Program-made: the position numbers and the translations under genes
Origin: a virus
Taxonomy: Duplodnaviria; Caudoviricetes
Virus record (IMG/VR): IMGVR_UViG_3300032093_000005
DNA length: 64,000 nucleotides
Strand: one strand, 5' to 3'
Notes under the pieces: model-generated
Seen by the model: the letters and a program-made list of their open reading frames with translations, nothing else
The model's database searches: none
What the model was told of the DNA's origin: nothing
Part shown: positions 1 to 10,322 of the stretch, in pieces
How positions within the stretch are numbered: the stretch's first letter is position 1
Layout of the letters: each line of letters starts with the position of its first letter

Positions 1-3000
1 GTAACAATACCAGTAATCAATGTATCACCAACAACATGAAGTTTTGATGTTGGACTTGCAGTTCCGATACCAACATTATCACTCTCATTGATAATAAATC
101 TTGGTGTGTAAGTTACAGAAGAACTATCAAAAACTGTTGTTCCTATTGGAGCAGTTGTAGTTGATGTTGGATTTGTAACAACAGTAACCTGGACACTATT
201 TGTAATATTATAAACAAGTTTTGTATATTGACTTGACTGATGTTGTGCCCAAATTTCAGTGGTATTATTCGTAGAAATACCAATAATTCTTGCCTCAGTT
301 TTTACTGAACCATAAGATTCATACTTATAATCAAAACCATCTCTGTTAGAGAAAGTCATTTTGAATGGAGTCATTGCGTCCTTGACCCATCCACCCATTA
401 CACCTTCGATGGTTAGATGGTCAAATGTTGCAGAAGATGTTTCAGGAAGTGTTGCTATCTTATAATAAGTTGTTGATGCAGGAGCAGCAACAATCCATCC
501 ATTACCAAATGTAGAGTTTGTATAATCACTTCCAAGATATGCTGATTTTGTTGCTACTAATGTTGATGCTGTTGCAATACCAGAAACATTTAACTGTTGA
601 GTTTGAAGTGTTCCATAAACCGTTGCACCATATCCAGTTGTTTCGAATTCTTTAGAGTTGTCATAATAGAGTTCTACTGCACCATCTGTGAGAAATTTTG
701 CGAGATTTTCATTTCCACTGGTTTTTTGTAAGATAATTCCAGCAGCATTACTTTGTAGATATAAATTACCAGTTCCAGAATCTTCAACAAAACTATTACT
801 TCCATCGTGATAAATTCTTAAATCATTTCCATCACCTAATAATATCTTATCATTATCCCCAAGATACACATCACTTTGGAATGTAGAAACACCCGTTACA
901 AGAGTATCACCGACAACATGAAGTTTTGATGTTGGATTTGTGGTTCCTATACCAACAGAACCATTAAAATATCCACCACTATTAACTTGAAGTAGTTGTG
1001 ATGCTGTACCTGTGAGAGTTGAAGAACCAATAACTAACTCACCACTACCTTTGAGGTCTGCGAGTTGTGTGGTTCCTGCATACCATTTGAATTGTGATCC
1101 GGAATCTTCAACAGAGGACCATAAAACATTAGCGTTAATACCAAATGCATAATCAACTTTAGAAGCACCAACACTGGGATATAAAACAATCTTGGTTCCT
1201 GCACTTCTTGTTGTAAATGTAGGAGCAGCAGCACCATTTGTATTAAAATCAATACGGTTTCCACTTGCCCCATTTAGGTAGATTTGTCCCCCACCAGTTG
1301 TTGCGGAGTTTGCACCATTTAGAGTAAGTCTTGAAGAGGTTGTGATACCTGATGCATTAATATTCCTTACAACTGCTAAATCACTTTCAGTAAATTGAAC
1401 GGCACCAGAAGCAAATCTGGTTCCTGTTGGGAATTGAGTTGAACCAATGCCAACAGCATAATTACTTAACCAAGCATCAGTTCCAAGTCCAGCAAAGGTT
1501 CCAGACTTGAACCACATAATTTTCTTATATGTGGCAGGGTTAGTTTCAATACCCGCAATGAATAACTGAACTAATGGAGTTCCTTCCGTAGAAGCAACTG
1601 CAACACCGCCGTGATTTGCTGTGTTATCGTTAGAAACATCATTACCATTTGCATCAGTTCTATAACCAAGAACAATATCTGGGTCAAATACATTTAATGA
1701 TTGTGAGAAAATTACAGCAGCGGTTCCACCAATCGTAATGTTACCATTAACATTTAAGTTACGATTGACTTGAAGATCTCTTGTAACTGTAACGTCTTCT
1801 GGAGCTGTAAATTGGTTTGGAACACTCAGAGTTGGTGTTGAACCTTCACCAGTTCCACTAGTGACTGTGATCTGGTTTGCAGTTCCAGAAATTGACTGAA
1901 CATAATCACCAGAAGTATAAGTACCAAGACCAATTGAATTTGGAGTAATTGTTGCGGCAAGAGCAACGTTTCCAGTACCATTAAATGAGATTGCAGTTGC
2001 AGTTACAAAATTTCCAGTAATTGAAAAATCTCTTGCATTTTGAAGTGCAGTTGCAGTTGTAGCATTACCACTAAAACTTGTTGCAGTTACCACTCCAGTA
2101 AACTTAGCATCACCAACAACATCAAGAACTGAAGTTGGTAGTAGACTGCCAATTCCAACATTATTAGTAGTATTGATGACTACAGTACCAACACCAGCAG
2201 TTGGCCCAATATTGATATTGGTAAAGGAACCAGAAAGACCACCAGTTCCTAAGTTAATTGTTTTAGTATTTCCAGAAGCAGTAGCACCTGCTTGAATATC
2301 AGTTGTTTGTGATGTTGTTGCTCTACCAAATGTAATCGTTCCAGTTCCAGAAGTTCCACCAAATGTTAGTGTTCCTGATGTTTGATTGGTTCCAAAAAGA
2401 TGAGTGCCTGAAGTATTACCACTTAATGATAATAAAGATGCAGCACTTAATGTTCCGTTGAATGTTTGTGTGTTAGTAAATGTCTGTGATATATTAAGAG
2501 CTGCTAGTGTATCAGTTGCAGTGATTACAGGTAAGTTGAGAGTTCTATTAGCAGTAATTGCACCACCAGTAATATTATATTGGAAAGTATCTGCTAGGTT
2601 TCTTATCTTGAGTCCTGATGATAAGAAGGTTCCTACACCAGCAACATATAAGTTATTAGCAGTAACAACACCAATTGTAGCGACACCAGAAACATTCAGT
2701 TGCGATACCGACGCAATACCACCTATAACACTTGTAGATATTCCTGATATAGTTGCAAATCCAGCAGTAGAAACAAAGTCTGCAAATGTAATAGTTGCAA
2801 TACCAGAAGGTCCTGTTCCAGCAACTGAAACAATATTACCAACAAAATTTAATTGAGAGAAACTATTCGCTGTACTGACAATCGTTCCTTCATCACGAAT
2901 TGTAAGACCAGTAATTGCGTTTGATGGAGCAGCATCAACCCAAGATGGAGGATTAGTTCCACCACTAGCTTGAAGAACTTGTCCTAAAGATCCATTTGCC

Positions 3001-4304
3001 AAAAATGCTGTTGTATCAGCAGCAGATTGATATACAATAGTTCCACCAGATCCACCCTTAAGATTCGTTGCGATTCCAGCGGTAGATGCATATCCTAATA
3101 AAGTTCCAGAAAAAGTTGTTGCAGTGACAACACCAGAAACTTTAACATCACCAACTACATCAAGTTTTGAAGTTGGATTTGTGCTTCCGATGCCAACAGA
3201 ACCAGAAACATAAGCACCACCAGTAACCTGAAGTCTTTGTGATGCGGTTCCTGTTGAGGTTCCAGAACCAATCAATACAGATCCATTAGTAAATGTAGAG
3301 ACACCGGTGACTTGAAGATCTGTGAACGTATTTGGTGCATTAGCAATAGCACTCTCGATCGTTGCAGTAGTTGTTGCATCAAGAGAAGCAATGTTTTGAA
3401 GTTGCCTTGCTGAACTAATGACTTGAGTGGCACCAATGTTTAATGATCCAACAGTACCAACACCAGAAACATTCAGTTGCGATACCGACGCAATACCACC
3501 TATAACACTTGTGGATATTCCTGATACAGTTGCAAATCCAGCAGTAGAAACAAAGTCTGCAAATGAAATTGTAATTGTTGCAATTCCAGCAGTTGCAGCT
3601 GCAGATACAGTTGATCCAACAAAATTTAACTGAGTAATACTATTGGCAGTGCCAATTATTGTTCCTTCATCACGAATTGTAAGACCAGTAATTGCGTTTG
3701 ATGGAGCAGCAGGAACCCAAGATGGAATACTACCAACTCCATTTGATTGAAGTATTGAACCTAAAGAACCATTTGCTAAAAATGCTGTTGTATCAGCAGC
3801 AGATTGATATGGAATATTACCAACAAGTCCACCTTTAAGATTCGTTGCGATTCCAGCGTTAGTTGCAAAAGTGGCAGTTGTAGCGTTACCACTAAATGTC
3901 GTTGCAGTGATAACACCAGAGACTTTAACGTCACCAACAACATCAAGTCTTGAGGTTGGTGATGTAGAGTTAATACCAAGATTTCCACTAGATGATAATA
4001 AGAATCTATCAGCGTCAGCAATTCTAAAATTAATGCCTGTTGGAGAATTTATAAAGAGACGACGATCAGCAGGTGATGAAATAAAGTTGTAATCACTATC
4101 AACAGTGCTATTGTTTAATGTAATTCCATTATATGTACTATAAACTTCACCAATTCTTATAAATCCATTTCCACCTTGAACATCTAATCTTTCTTGTGGA
4201 TTAGTAGATCCAACACCAATATTTCCTGCTGCAGTCGTGGTTAGAACTGTTGCACCTACACCTACTTCTAACCCACGTTTTACCCTAAAGTTCTGATCGG
4301 CCAA
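1..4304 (-). CDS. Tail fibre-like virion protein, 3' end runs off the window start
   Basis: Not in the ORF track. TTG start gives MADQNFRVKRGLEVGVGAT. Same frame verified at 1-60, 1261-1320 and 3850-4304. Repeated GNVGIGTxxPTSKLxVVGD motifs; shares modules with the neighbouring fibre gene. Confidence 0.8.
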   Translation of the reverse strand, partial: MADQNFRVKRGLEVGVGATVLTTTAAGNIGVGSTNPQERLDVQGGNGFIRIGEVYSTYNGITLNNSTVDSDYNFISSPADRRLFINSPTGINFRIADADRFLLSSSGNLGINSTSPTSRLDVVGDVKVSGVITATTFSGNATTATFATNAGIATNLKGGLVGNIPYQSAADTTAFLANGSLGSILQSNGVGSIPSWVPAAPSNAITGLTIRDEGTIIGTANSITQLNFVGSTVSAAATAGIATITISFADFVSTAGFATVSGISTSVIGGIASVSQLNVSGVGTVGSLNIGATQVISSARQLQNIASLDATTTATIESAIANAPNTFTDLQVTGVSTFTNGSVLIGSGTSTGTASQRLQVTGGAYVSGSVGIGSTNPTSKLDVVGDVKVSGVVTATTFSGTLLGYASTAGIATNLKGGSGGTIVYQSAADTTAFLANGSLGQVLQASGGTNPPSWVDAAPSNAITGLTIRDEGTIVSTANSFSQLNFVGNIVSVAGTGPSGIATITFADFVSTAGFATISGISTSVIGGIASVSQLNVSGVATIGVVTANNLYVAGVGTFLSSGLKIRNLADTFQYNITGGAITANRTLNLPVITATDTLAALNISQTFTNTQTFNGTLSAASLLSLSGNTSGTHLFGTNQTSGTLTFGGTSGTGTITFGRATTSQTTDIQAGATASGNTKTINLGTGGLSGSFTNINIGPTAGVGTVVINTTNNVGIGSLLPTSVLDVVGDAKFTGVVTATSFSGNATTATALQNARDFSITGNFVTATAISFNGTGNVALAATITPNSIGLGTYTSGDYVQSISGTANQITVTSGTGEGSTPTLSVPNQFTAPEDVTVTRDLQVNRNLNVNGNITIGGTAAVIFSQSLNVFDPDIVLGYRTDANGNDVSNDNTANHGGVAVASTEGTPLVQLFIAGIETNPATYKKIMWFKSGTFAGLGTDAWLSNYAVGIGSTQFPTGTRFASGAVQFTESDLAVVRNINASGITTSSRLTLNGANSATTGGGQIYLNGASGNRIDFNTNGAAAPTFTTRSAGTKIVLYPSVGASKVDYAFGINANVLWSSVEDSGSQFKWYAGTTQLADLKGSGELVIGSSTLTGTASQLLQVNSGGYFNGSVGIGTTNPTSKLHVVGDTLVTGVSTFQSDVYLGDNDKILLGDGNDLRIYHDGSNSFVEDSGTGNLYLQSNAAGIILQKTSGNENLAKFLTDGAVELYYDNSKEFETTGYGATVYGTLQTQQLNVSGIATASTLVATKSAYLGSDYTNSTFGNGWIVAAPASTTYYKIATLPETSSATFDHLTIEGVMGGWVKDAMTPFKMTFSNRDGFDYKYESYGSVKTEARIIGISTNNTTEIWAQHQSSQYTKLVYNITNSVQVTVVTNPTSTTTAPIGTTVFDSSSVTYTPRFIINESDNVGIGTASPTSKLHVVGDTLITGIV

Positions 4305-4335
4305 GGTTCACTATCCCCTATGGTTCACTTTTATC

Positions 4336-4342
4336 TATTTAT
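4336..4342 (-). promoter_or_regulatory. T4-type late promoter (ATAAATA)
   Basis: ATAAATA about 30 nt upstream of the TTG start at 4304. Confidence 0.6.
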
Positions 4343-7300
4343 CAAACTACAATCGATATGAAACTAACTTTAAATGTCGTTGAAGAAGCACTTGAAGGTG
4401 TAGCAAGTAACCTTAAGTTTTCTCCAGAAATATCTACATCATAACTTGCAACAGTTGCATTATTGTAGACAGTTCCATATTCAGTCAGATAAGCAGTGAC
4501 GCCATCGTGAATCACAAGTATCTTTGTTGAATGATAATTTGTTCCTCGTGTTCCTTGAACCATATATTCAACAGAACGATACAAGGATGTAGAAAGTCCA
4601 GTGTGAATTGCAGTCTGTGATGTTGTTGTAGTTGTTGAAGTTGCAGACCCTACTCTGGTCGATACAGTATCGTAAGTTGGTGATGTTGTAATACCAGAAA
4701 CATTAAGTCCTTGTGATTGTAGTGTTCCAAAGACAGTGGCACCATATCCAGCAGTTTCAAACTTTTTAGAGTTATCATGATAGAGTTCTACAGAACCGTC
4801 ACTATTATACTTTGCGAAATAATCTCCAGAAGTTGTACTTTGGAAGAATATACCATCATTACCATATATCAGTAATTTTCCAGTTCCAACGTCAGAAATT
4901 GTGCTATTAGATCCATCATGATAGATTTGTAAATCATTACCATCACCCAATATTAACTTATCATTATCACCAAGTTTTACATCACTCTGAAATGTAGATA
5001 CACCAGAAACATTTAATTGTCCTAATGTTCCAACAGAAGTCAGAGAAGAATTAACAACGCTACTTCCAAGAGTGGTAGAAGTTAAAACAGTGCTTGTGCC
5101 AGTTTTAAATGCTCCACCACTGGTCACACCAAGACCAATTGATGATTCTAGAGTATTTGCTGAGTTATTATAAGTAAATGTTTTACGAATATTAGCAGAA
5201 CCAATACCAATACCAGCACCATCAAGAAGTGTATTAGTTCCTACTGTTGATGCAATACCAACATTAAAGTCTGCTAATTCAATGGTTGTGGAGTTAACAA
5301 CAAACTGAGTTCCGTCAACATATAGGTCACCACGTATTCTAACAATACCACTAGTTGTACCAACTCCAACTGGTAGTGGATCAATAATAATTTCTTGAGG
5401 TCCACTGATTGTATTAGTTGTAAATCCAAGATTACCAGAACCAGTGGTAAATTGGGTTGCGGTTATAATACCAGTAGAATTAATATTAGTAATAGAAGAA
5501 TTCGTTACATTCAGTGTTGCAATGGTTCCAACACCACTGAAGTTTAAATTAGTTCCAGTTGCATTAGTAAGAGTAGAAACACCAGTATAATTAATATTAG
5601 TGCCACCTAGATTAGTAATTGTACCAACAGTGCTGTTCAGTGTTGCGATTGTACCAACACCACTGAAGTTTAGATTAGTTCCAGTTGCATTAGTAATTGT
5701 ACCAACAGTGCTGTTCAGTGTTGCGATTGTACCAACACCACTGAAGTTTAAATTAGTTCCAGTTGCGTTTGTAGTGGTGCTTGTTGTAACATTTAATGTG
5801 GTAATTGTAGCGATGCCAGAATTAATTTGTCCACTAAATGTCGTTGCAGTGACAACACCAGAGACTTTAACATCACCAACTACATCTAATTTTGATGTTG
5901 GTGTTGTAGAGTTGATGCCAACATTACCAGAAGTGTTAATTCTTACTGCTTCTGCACCGCCAGCACCCAAGGCCAATTGAACAGATGCTGCTGCTCTTAT
6001 AGTTGAAACAAGACTAGAGTGTGTAATACTAACATCACCTTGTCCTGAAGATACAAATCTTCCATCACCCTGAACCATTAATGTGCTAGTTGGATTTGTG
6101 TTACCAACTCCAAGATTACCATTAAAATATCCACCACTATTGACTTGGAATAATTGTGATGCAGTTCCTGTAGAATTTGCTGTTCCAACTAAAATTACAC
6201 CATTAGAATCAATACGATGTCTAAAAGTATTTTGAGTTAGAATATCAATTACTCCTGCATCTTGAGTAACTAACCTTAATGAACCAGTTCCACGATTAAT
6301 AATATTAAAATTGCCATTATCACCACCATCACGAATTAATCTTGTTGCATAATCCGAATATGTTGAATCTGCTCCATGAAAATCTAGGAATGTTGAAATA
6401 TTAGTAGCACCAATACCAATTTCTATATTTCTTCCATTATCACCACCAAATTGGACGGATGTTAGTGCGGTTCCTGCCTTTACAGTTCCAATAACATCTA
6501 AAGTTGTTGTCGGAGATGCAGAACCAATACCAACAAGACCAGCATTTGTAATTCTTAATCTTTCTGCGCTGTTAGTAAAAAATGTATAAGTTCCTGCTGC
6601 ATCATAGTTTGAAAATCTGAATACGTTTGAAGGACCTACATCAAGATAATAACCAGTGCTTCCATTAATGTATTCAAATGCAATTTCACCACCCTCGTTA
6701 GATTGATATGCTTTCAATCTTAAGAAGCTTCCAATACCAACACCAGAATTTCCAGTTGTTGTAATAATACCAGAAGCAATATTAATATTGTTGTTGAATG
6801 TTGATAATCCAGAAACATTCAGTTGTTGTGCTGTTAAACTAGTTGCACTTGTAATTCCAAGAGTGCTAATACCAGTTACATTCAGATCAGTAAATGTATT
6901 AGGTGCATTAGCAATTGCTGCTTCAATTGTTGCGGTTGTTGTTGCATCAAGTGAAGCAATGTTTTGAAGTTGCCTTGCTGAACTAATGACTTGAGTGGCA
7001 CCAATGTTTAATGATCCAACAGTTGCGATACCACTATAATTAACATTAGTTCCACCTAAATTAGTTATTGTTCCTACAGTACTATTAAATCTTGTAATCG
7101 TACCAATACCAGTATAATTGACATTGGTGCCACCTAAATTAGTAAGAGTTGCACTAGTGCTATTAAGTGTTGCAATAGTGCCAACACCACTAAAGTTTAG
7201 ATTAGTACCATTTACATTTGTAGTAGTGCTTGTTGTAGCATTAAATGTAGTAATGGTGCCAACACCACTATAATTTAAATTGGTTCCTTGTGCATTTGTA

Positions 7301-9975
7301 ATAACACCGGTAACAATATTTCCAATACTATAGTTTGCAGTAGTGCCATTAATTGTTGTAATGTTTCCAGTCGTTGCTGTAACAATACCAGAAGCATTAA
7401 TGTTTCTAACAACTGCTAAATCTCTTTCGCTAAATTGAACTGCACCAGCAGCAAGTCTAGTTCCTACTGGAAACTGTGTGCTACCAATACCAACCGCATA
7501 ATTAGATAACCAAGCATCGGTTCCAAGTCCAGCAAAAGTTCCTGCCTTAAACCACATAATTTTCTTATATGTGGCTGGATTTGTTTCAATGCCAGCAACA
7601 AACAGTTGAACTAATGGTGATCCTTCAGTGGATGCAAGAGCAACACCACCATGATTTGCTGTAGTGTCATTTGAAACATCATTACCATTTGCATCAGTTC
7701 TAAATCCAAGAATAATATCTGGATCAAATATGTTTAATGATTGTGAAAAAATTATTGCTGAAGTTCCACCAATTGTGACATTTCCAGTAACACTTAAATT
7801 ACGATTGACTTGAAGATCTCTAGTAACCGTTGCATCTTGTGGGATAGTAAATTGATTAGGGATACTTAAAGTAGGTGTTGAACCTTCTCCTGTTCCACTG
7901 GTAACGGTGATCTGGTTTCCAGTTCCACTAATTGACTGAACATAATCACCCGTTGTATCTGTACCAAGACCTACAGAATTTGGTTGAATTGTTGCAGCTA
8001 AAGATACGTTACCTGTACCATCAAAACTAATTGCAGATGCTATAACATCACCAGTAATTTGAAATGTTCTTGGAGTTACAAGTTGTGTTGCAGACGCTGC
8101 AATACCTGTTAAAGCACCGATAAATGTTGTTGCAGTGGCAACACCAGAAACAAAAAGTTGTGATGCAGTAACAACACCTAAAGTTGAAATACCAGAAACA
8201 ACTAATTGTGAAGTGGTTGTCAGTCCATTAACACCTAGTTGTGTTAAGGTTGTAATTCCAGAAGAATTGATATTAGTAATAATACCAGTAATAACTCTTA
8301 AAGTGGTGATTGTACCAATGGTTCCACTTAAATTCGTGATTGTTCCGTTTGTAGAACTTAAGGTGGTGATTGTACCAATGGTTCCACTTAAATTCGTAAT
8401 CGTTCCGTTTGTAGAACTTAAGGTGGTGATTGTACCAATGGTTCCACTTAAATTCGTAATCGTTCCGTTTGTAGAACTTAAGGTGGTGATTGTACCAATG
8501 GTTCCACTTAAATTCGTGATTGTTCCGTTTGTAGAACTTAAGGTGGTGATTGTACCAATGGTTCCACTTAAATTCGTAATCGTTCCGTTTGTAGAACTTA
8601 AGGTGGTGATTGTACCAATGGTTCCACTTAAATTCGTAATCGTTCCGTTTGTAGAACTTAAGGTGGTGATTGTACCAACACCAGTATAATTGATGTTAGT
8701 ACCACCCAAATTCGTGATTGTTCCGTTTGTAGAACTTAAGGTGGTGATTGTACCAATGGTTCCACTTAAATTCGTAATCGTTCCGTTTGTAGAACTTAAG
8801 GTGGTGATTGTACCAACACCAGTATAATTAATATTGGTTCCACTTAGATTTTGAATCGTACCAACATTACTATTCAATGTTGCTATAGTGCCAACACCAC
8901 TTATATCAATATTTGGAACCGTAAGTTGAGAAGAACTTAAAAGTGTGGCTCCATTAATTTTATAAACTTTGTCAGTTGTAAGGTCAAAATTTTCACTCGA
9001 TTTAAAAGCACTATCCCCATAATCCCATGTTAAAGTTTTACGAATATTTTGTGATCCGATTCCAATTCCAGCACCATCTAATAATAAATCATTTCCTACT
9101 GTTGTTGCAATACCAACATTAAAATCAGCAAGTTCAATCGTTGTAGAATTAACAATAAACTGAGTGCCATCAACATATAAGTCACCCTTAATTCTTACAG
9201 ATCCACTTGTTGTACCAACTCCAACTGGAAGTGGATCAATGATAATCTCTTGAGGTCCACTAATGGTATTTGTAGTAAATCCAAGATTACCAGAACCAGT
9301 GGTAAATTGTGTTGCAGTGATGATACCAGAAGAATTGATATTAGTAATAATACCAGTAATAACTCTTAAAGTGGTGATTGTACCAACACCAGTATAATTG
9401 ATGTTAGTGCCGTCTAAGTTAGTAAGAGTAGCGACGGTACTGTTAAGTCTTGCTATAGTGCCAACACCACTATAATTTACATTAGTACCACTGAGATTTG
9501 TAATGGAAGCAACGGTACTATTGAGTGTTGCAATCGTACCAACACCACTGTAATTAATGTTAGTACCACCAAGATTTGTAATTGTACCAACAGTATTTTT
9601 AAGCGTATCGATTGTAGCGATGCCTGTTATGTTTCCATTTCTTGCATTAAATTCATCAAATACTAAATCATCTGCAATATATAAATCTCCACCAACATAT
9701 AAATCTCCACCAGTTGTCGTAATACCACCATTTGCGGCAAGTGTGGTAATACCAGAAACATAAAGTTGAGAAAAAGAAGATGATGAACTTACATTAATGT
9801 TTGTTGCAGTAACTACACCCGTAAAATATCCATCGCCAACGACATAAAGTTTTGATGTTGCATTAGTAGTTGCAATACCAACATTTCCAATAACTTGAAT
9901 TGAAGTTAAATTTTCACTATAAGATGATATACCAACCTTAAGATTTTTTTGTCTGCCGCTGACGTACTTTGCCAT
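4342..9975 (-). CDS. Large Thr/Gly-rich tail fibre-like protein (1877 aa)
   Basis: ORF track; beta-repeat composition, internal duplications, C-terminal YRSVEYxVQ..HDG..YxTEYG domain typical of cyanomyophage fibres. Confidence 0.8.
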   Translation of the reverse strand: MAKYVSGRQKNLKVGISSYSENLTSIQVIGNVGIATTNATSKLYVVGDGYFTGVVTATNINVSSSSSFSQLYVSGITTLAANGGITTTGGDLYVGGDLYIADDLVFDEFNARNGNITGIATIDTLKNTVGTITNLGGTNINYSGVGTIATLNSTVASITNLSGTNVNYSGVGTIARLNSTVATLTNLDGTNINYTGVGTITTLRVITGIITNINSSGIITATQFTTGSGNLGFTTNTISGPQEIIIDPLPVGVGTTSGSVRIKGDLYVDGTQFIVNSTTIELADFNVGIATTVGNDLLLDGAGIGIGSQNIRKTLTWDYGDSAFKSSENFDLTTDKVYKINGATLLSSSQLTVPNIDISGVGTIATLNSNVGTIQNLSGTNINYTGVGTITTLSSTNGTITNLSGTIGTITTLSSTNGTITNLGGTNINYTGVGTITTLSSTNGTITNLSGTIGTITTLSSTNGTITNLSGTIGTITTLSSTNGTITNLSGTIGTITTLSSTNGTITNLSGTIGTITTLSSTNGTITNLSGTIGTITTLSSTNGTITNLSGTIGTITTLRVITGIITNINSSGITTLTQLGVNGLTTTSQLVVSGISTLGVVTASQLFVSGVATATTFIGALTGIAASATQLVTPRTFQITGDVIASAISFDGTGNVSLAATIQPNSVGLGTDTTGDYVQSISGTGNQITVTSGTGEGSTPTLSIPNQFTIPQDATVTRDLQVNRNLSVTGNVTIGGTSAIIFSQSLNIFDPDIILGFRTDANGNDVSNDTTANHGGVALASTEGSPLVQLFVAGIETNPATYKKIMWFKAGTFAGLGTDAWLSNYAVGIGSTQFPVGTRLAAGAVQFSERDLAVVRNINASGIVTATTGNITTINGTTANYSIGNIVTGVITNAQGTNLNYSGVGTITTFNATTSTTTNVNGTNLNFSGVGTIATLNSTSATLTNLGGTNVNYTGIGTITRFNSTVGTITNLGGTNVNYSGIATVGSLNIGATQVISSARQLQNIASLDATTTATIEAAIANAPNTFTDLNVTGISTLGITSATSLTAQQLNVSGLSTFNNNINIASGIITTTGNSGVGIGSFLRLKAYQSNEGGEIAFEYINGSTGYYLDVGPSNVFRFSNYDAAGTYTFFTNSAERLRITNAGLVGIGSASPTTTLDVIGTVKAGTALTSVQFGGDNGRNIEIGIGATNISTFLDFHGADSTYSDYATRLIRDGGDNGNFNIINRGTGSLRLVTQDAGVIDILTQNTFRHRIDSNGVILVGTANSTGTASQLFQVNSGGYFNGNLGVGNTNPTSTLMVQGDGRFVSSGQGDVSITHSSLVSTIRAAASVQLALGAGGAEAVRINTSGNVGINSTTPTSKLDVVGDVKVSGVVTATTFSGQINSGIATITTLNVTTSTTTNATGTNLNFSGVGTIATLNSTVGTITNATGTNLNFSGVGTIATLNSTVGTITNLGGTNINYTGVSTLTNATGTNLNFSGVGTIATLNVTNSSITNINSTGIITATQFTTGSGNLGFTTNTISGPQEIIIDPLPVGVGTTSGIVRIRGDLYVDGTQFVVNSTTIELADFNVGIASTVGTNTLLDGAGIGIGSANIRKTFTYNNSANTLESSIGLGVTSGGAFKTGTSTVLTSTTLGSSVVNSSLTSVGTLGQLNVSGVSTFQSDVKLGDNDKLILGDGNDLQIYHDGSNSTISDVGTGKLLIYGNDGIFFQSTTSGDYFAKYNSDGSVELYHDNSKKFETAGYGATVFGTLQSQGLNVSGITTSPTYDTVSTRVGSATSTTTTTSQTAIHTGLSTSLYRSVEYMVQGTRGTNYHSTKILVIHDGVTAYLTEYGTVYNNATVASYDVDISGENLRLLATPSSASSTTFKVSFISIVV
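5612..5767. repeat. Two tandem 78-bp coding repeats
   Basis: 5612-5689 and 5690-5767 are nearly identical. Confidence 0.9.
8303..8800. repeat. Tandem 60-bp coding repeat (TITTLSSTNGTITNLSGTIG): six units, one 78-bp variant, one more unit
   Basis: Visible as repeating 60-nt sequence lines 8281-8800. Confidence 0.97.
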
Positions 9976-9976
9976 T

Positions 9977-10318
9977 TTAGTTAAGTGTTTCTAGAATGCT
10001 TCCTAAAAATTTAATATCAGTATTGTTACTTGCAGATAATACAAGAACATCACCAGATTCCAGTGCTAATTTTCCTGAAAGTAGATTTGCCGTGTCACTT
10101 GCAGGAACTGGAAAATTCTTTAAAATTTCAGTTGTAACTGCAATTCCTAAAGTTGTTCTTTTATGGAAAAAAGATATTGTTTGAGTATCATTACCAATAT
10201 TTGCAACTTGTGCTAATAGAACCACCCCAGTATAACCAATTGGTGCAGTATAGATTCCAACTGGATCTGTAGTTGCAATTTTTGTAACTGTTCTGAATAC
10301 GTTAAGAGCAAGTGCCAT
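9977..10318 (-). CDS. Hypothetical virion-associated protein (113 aa)
   Basis: ORF track; tightly packed between fibre genes. Confidence 0.7.
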   Translation of the reverse strand: MALALNVFRTVTKIATTDPVGIYTAPIGYTGVVLLAQVANIGNDTQTISFFHKRTTLGIAVTTEILKNFPVPASDTANLLSGKLALESGDVLVLSASNNTDIKFLGSILETLN

Positions 10319-10322
10319 TCTT

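Noticed and set aside
2683-3870. DGR template/variable repeat pair
   Set aside because: Differences are not adenine-specific on one strand, and no reverse transcriptase is in the window
8303-8800. CRISPR array
   Set aside because: No unique spacers; in-frame coding tandem repeat
2404-9763. Plus-strand ORFs 2404, 3427, 3871, 5600, 8135, 9557
   Set aside because: Antisense shadows of the biased codons of the fibre genes
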